Shown: piece after piece, positions 61,787 through 64,000 of the stretch
Position numbering within the stretch: the stretch's first letter is position 1
Layout: each line of letters opens with the position of its first letter
Origin: an uncultured Rhodobacteraceae bacterium
Lineage (GTDB): Bacteria > Pseudomonadota > Alphaproteobacteria > Rhodobacterales > Rhodobacteraceae
Assembly: GCA_947500005.1 (NCBI GenBank)
Contig: CANMQJ010000004.1
Span: 3,399 to 67,398, forward strand
Reading direction: 5' to 3'
DNA: 64,000 nucleotides
Translations under genes and position numbers: made by a program
Notes under the pieces: model-generated
What the model saw: only the letters and a program-made list of their open reading frames with translations
Databases searched by the model: none
What the model was told of the DNA's origin: nothing

Positions 61787-63601
61787 ATGACCGTGATGAC
61801 GCAGTTTCTCGACCGGATCCTGCCGCTAGGCGTGGCCATTCTGCTGGCGGGGTCCGCCGCCGCGCAGGATGTGGCGGACCGGATCTACACGGGCGGGCCG
61901 ATCCTGACGATGGAGGACGGCCAGCCGCGGGTAGAGGCGGTCGCGGTGAAGGACGGGCGCATCCTTGCCGCCGGGCCGCTGTCGGAGCTTGCGCTCCTGC
62001 GCGGCGAGGCGACCGAGGTTTTCGATCTCGAGGGGCGCGCGATGGTTCCGGGCTTCGTCGACAGCCACGGCCATGTCGTGATGGGCGGGTTGCAGGCGAT
62101 GGCGGCCAACCTGCTGGCCCCACCCGATGGCGAGGTCACGGACATCGCCAGCCTGCAGGAGAGGCTGCGCAGCTGGGCCGAGGGCAACAGGGCCTTCGTC
62201 GAGGGTGCGGGCATGATCATCGGCTTCGGCTATGACAATGCGCAGCTTGCCGAGCTGCGCCATCCGACGCGCCAGGACCTCGACGCGGTATCGACCGAGT
62301 ACCCGGTGATGATCGTTCACCAGTCGGGGCACCTGGGGGTGGCGAATTCGAAGGCGCTGGAGATGGCGGGGATCGATGCGTCGCGCGAGAACCCCGAAGG
62401 CGGCGTGATCCGCCGCGACTCGACTGGCGCGCCGGACGGGGTTCTGGAGGAATATGCCTTCTTCGAAGCGCTCATCCCGCTTCTGGGAGGCCTGGGCCCC
62501 GAGGGGCTGGCGGCCTTTGCCAAGGCGGGCAGCGAGCTGTGGGCGAGCTATGGCTACACCACGGCGCAGGACGGGCGATCCTCGGGCGCGGTGGTCGAGA
62601 CGCTGAAGGCGATCGACGCCGAGGGGGCGCTTGCCATCGATGTCGTGGCCTATCCCGACGTGCTGGAGGCGCGGGACTACATCGCGGCGAATGTGTCGAA
62701 ACTCTATTCCGGCAATGTGCGGGTGGGCGGATGCAAGCTGACCATCGACGGCTCACCGCAGGGGTTCACCGCGCTGCGGGACCGGCCCTATTACGACCCG
62801 GTGGGCGATTATCCCCCGGGCTATGCGGGCTATGCGGCGGTCACGATGGAGCAGGTCCAGGCGGCGGTGGACTGGTGCTATGAGAACGGGCTGCAGATTC
62901 TGACCCATGCCAATGGCGAGGGCGCGTCGGACATGCTGATCGCCGCGATCGGCGTCGCGCAGGAGACATATGGCGACCCCGGCAACCGGCCGGTGCTGAT
63001 CCACGGCCAGTTCCTGCGCGAGGACCAGGTGGACAGCTATCGCGATCTCGGCGTGTTCATGTCGCTGTTCCCGATGCACACCTTCTATTGGGGCGACTGG
63101 CACCGCGACCACACGGTCGGGCCGGTCAATGCCGAGAACATCTCGCCCACCGGCTGGCTGCGCGAGCGGGGCATGATGTTCGGCACGCATCACGATGCGC
63201 CCGTGGCCTTTCCCGACAGCATGCGCATCCTGGATGCCACGGTGACACGGCGCACGCGGTCGGGCGACATCCTGGGGCCAGGCCAGCGGGTCGACGTGAT
63301 GACCGCGCTCAAGGCGATGACGATCTGGCCGGCGTGGCAGCATTTCGAGGAGGAGAGCAAGGGCAGCATCGCCCCCGGAAAGCTTGCCGATTTCGTCATC
63401 CTGTCGGACGATCCGACCGCCGTGGACCCCGAGCAGCTGGACAGGCTGTCGGTGCTGGTCACGATCAAGGAGGACGCGGTGATCTACCGGGCGGAGAGGG
63501 ATGAGCGGAAGACCGAACTGCGGATGTCGCCCTTTGCCACCGATCCCGAGACGGCCGAGCGCCTGCTGCACGCCATGTACGAAGGGTTCGGCAGGCTGTG
63601 A
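61787..63601 (+). CDS. exported metal-dependent amidohydrolase (amidohydrolase_3 / YtcJ-like)
   Basis: Signal peptide; PGFVDSHGHV metal-binding motif; C-terminal ...FGTHHDAPV...GKLADFVILS. Confidence 0.85.
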   Translation: MTVMTQFLDRILPLGVAILLAGSAAAQDVADRIYTGGPILTMEDGQPRVEAVAVKDGRILAAGPLSELALLRGEATEVFDLEGRAMVPGFVDSHGHVVMGGLQAMAANLLAPPDGEVTDIASLQERLRSWAEGNRAFVEGAGMIIGFGYDNAQLAELRHPTRQDLDAVSTEYPVMIVHQSGHLGVANSKALEMAGIDASRENPEGGVIRRDSTGAPDGVLEEYAFFEALIPLLGGLGPEGLAAFAKAGSELWASYGYTTAQDGRSSGAVVETLKAIDAEGALAIDVVAYPDVLEARDYIAANVSKLYSGNVRVGGCKLTIDGSPQGFTALRDRPYYDPVGDYPPGYAGYAAVTMEQVQAAVDWCYENGLQILTHANGEGASDMLIAAIGVAQETYGDPGNRPVLIHGQFLREDQVDSYRDLGVFMSLFPMHTFYWGDWHRDHTVGPVNAENISPTGWLRERGMMFGTHHDAPVAFPDSMRILDATVTRRTRSGDILGPGQRVDVMTALKAMTIWPAWQHFEEESKGSIAPGKLADFVILSDDPTAVDPEQLDRLSVLVTIKEDAVIYRAERDERKTELRMSPFATDPETAERLLHAMYEGFGRL

Positions 63602-63688
63602 GCGGGGCGGGCGCGACAGGCGGGCGGGGCCGGCCGCCCTGCTCCGGTTTGCATGCCCTTCGCCGCAAGAGGGGTGCGGCCATTTATC

Positions 63689-63702
63689 TTGATCCAGATC
63701 AA
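63689..63702. promoter_or_regulatory. perfect FNR/FnrL-type box TTGAT-N4-ATCAA upstream of ctaD
   Basis: TTGATCCAGATCAA, centred about 105 nt upstream of the ctaD ATG. Confidence 0.5.
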
Positions 63703-63800
63703 ACTCCGGGCTTGAGGGCGGTGGCCACAAATTCTAAAACCGGCAGGAATCCGCGCCCGGACTCCCGGCGCGCGCAGCAGTTGCAACAGGAGGCACCTTA

Positions 63801-64000
63801 ATGGCGGACGCAGCCATTCATGGTCACGAGCATGAAGATCAGCGCGGTTTCTTCACCCGCTGGTTCATGTCGACGAACCACAAGGATATCGGGATTCTCT
63901 ACCTGATCTTCTCGGCCCTTGCGGGCTTCATCTCGGTCGCGCTGACCGTGTTCATGCGCCTCGAGCTCATGGAGCCAGGGGTGCAGCACATGTGCCTCGA
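63801..64000 (+). CDS. ctaD: cytochrome c oxidase (aa3) subunit I, 5' part only
   Basis: CAGGAGG RBS; [35 protein letters not shown]... closely matches the Rhodobacter/Paracoccus CoxI N-termini I remember; runs off the window. Confidence 0.92.
   Translation, partial: MADAAIHGHEHEDQRGFFTRWFMSTNHKDIGILYLIFSALAGFISVALTVFMRLELMEPGVQHMCL

Overview
High-GC (about 65-67%) alphaproteobacterial chromosome segment. The gene content looks Rhodobacteraceae-like: an aa3-type ctaD N-terminus, a pccB/pccA/mcm/pccR propionate cluster, and a cbiZ-btuDCF-btuB cobamide salvage operon. About 60 CDS are supportable and almost all are housekeeping. They include a ProVWX-like betaine ABC transporter, three tandem cytochromes c, lolCD, two tandem fasciclin-RTX exoproteins, proS, perM-hdaA-ppx, maeB, prpE, nadK and glyA. 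They also include a riboswitch-controlled B12 uptake/salvage operon, exbB-exbD-exbD-tonB, lipB and a HIT protein followed by a LuxR-type regulator. I saw no transposase, integrase, CRISPR array or recognisable defence system. The most unusual signals are non-protein. (1) A tRNA-Leu(UAA) gene is split in its anticodon loop by a 212-nt IC3-type group I intron (46506-46803). (2) An AT-rich 15-mer, GTACAAAACGGTCAA, is arranged as triplets with a strict 31-32 bp period in three separate divergent promoter regions (15.9 kb, 52.4 kb, 59.6 kb), and I cannot match it to any operator I know. (3) A LuxR-HTH regulator is fused to an alpha/beta-hydrolase domain whose nucleophile serine is replaced (GHMAG); it lies just downstream of one of those arrays. 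Other points are tandem FAS1-RTX paralogs with a near-identical 3' module, small OsmB-like lipoprotein paralogs inserted in the pcc cluster, PccR-type TTTGCAAA operators, and perfect FNR- and CRP-type palindromes. There is also a 708-nt non-coding gap, partly low in GC, with DnaA-box-like sites upstream of perM-hdaA. All calls come from reading the sequence and the ORF translations; no searches were run.
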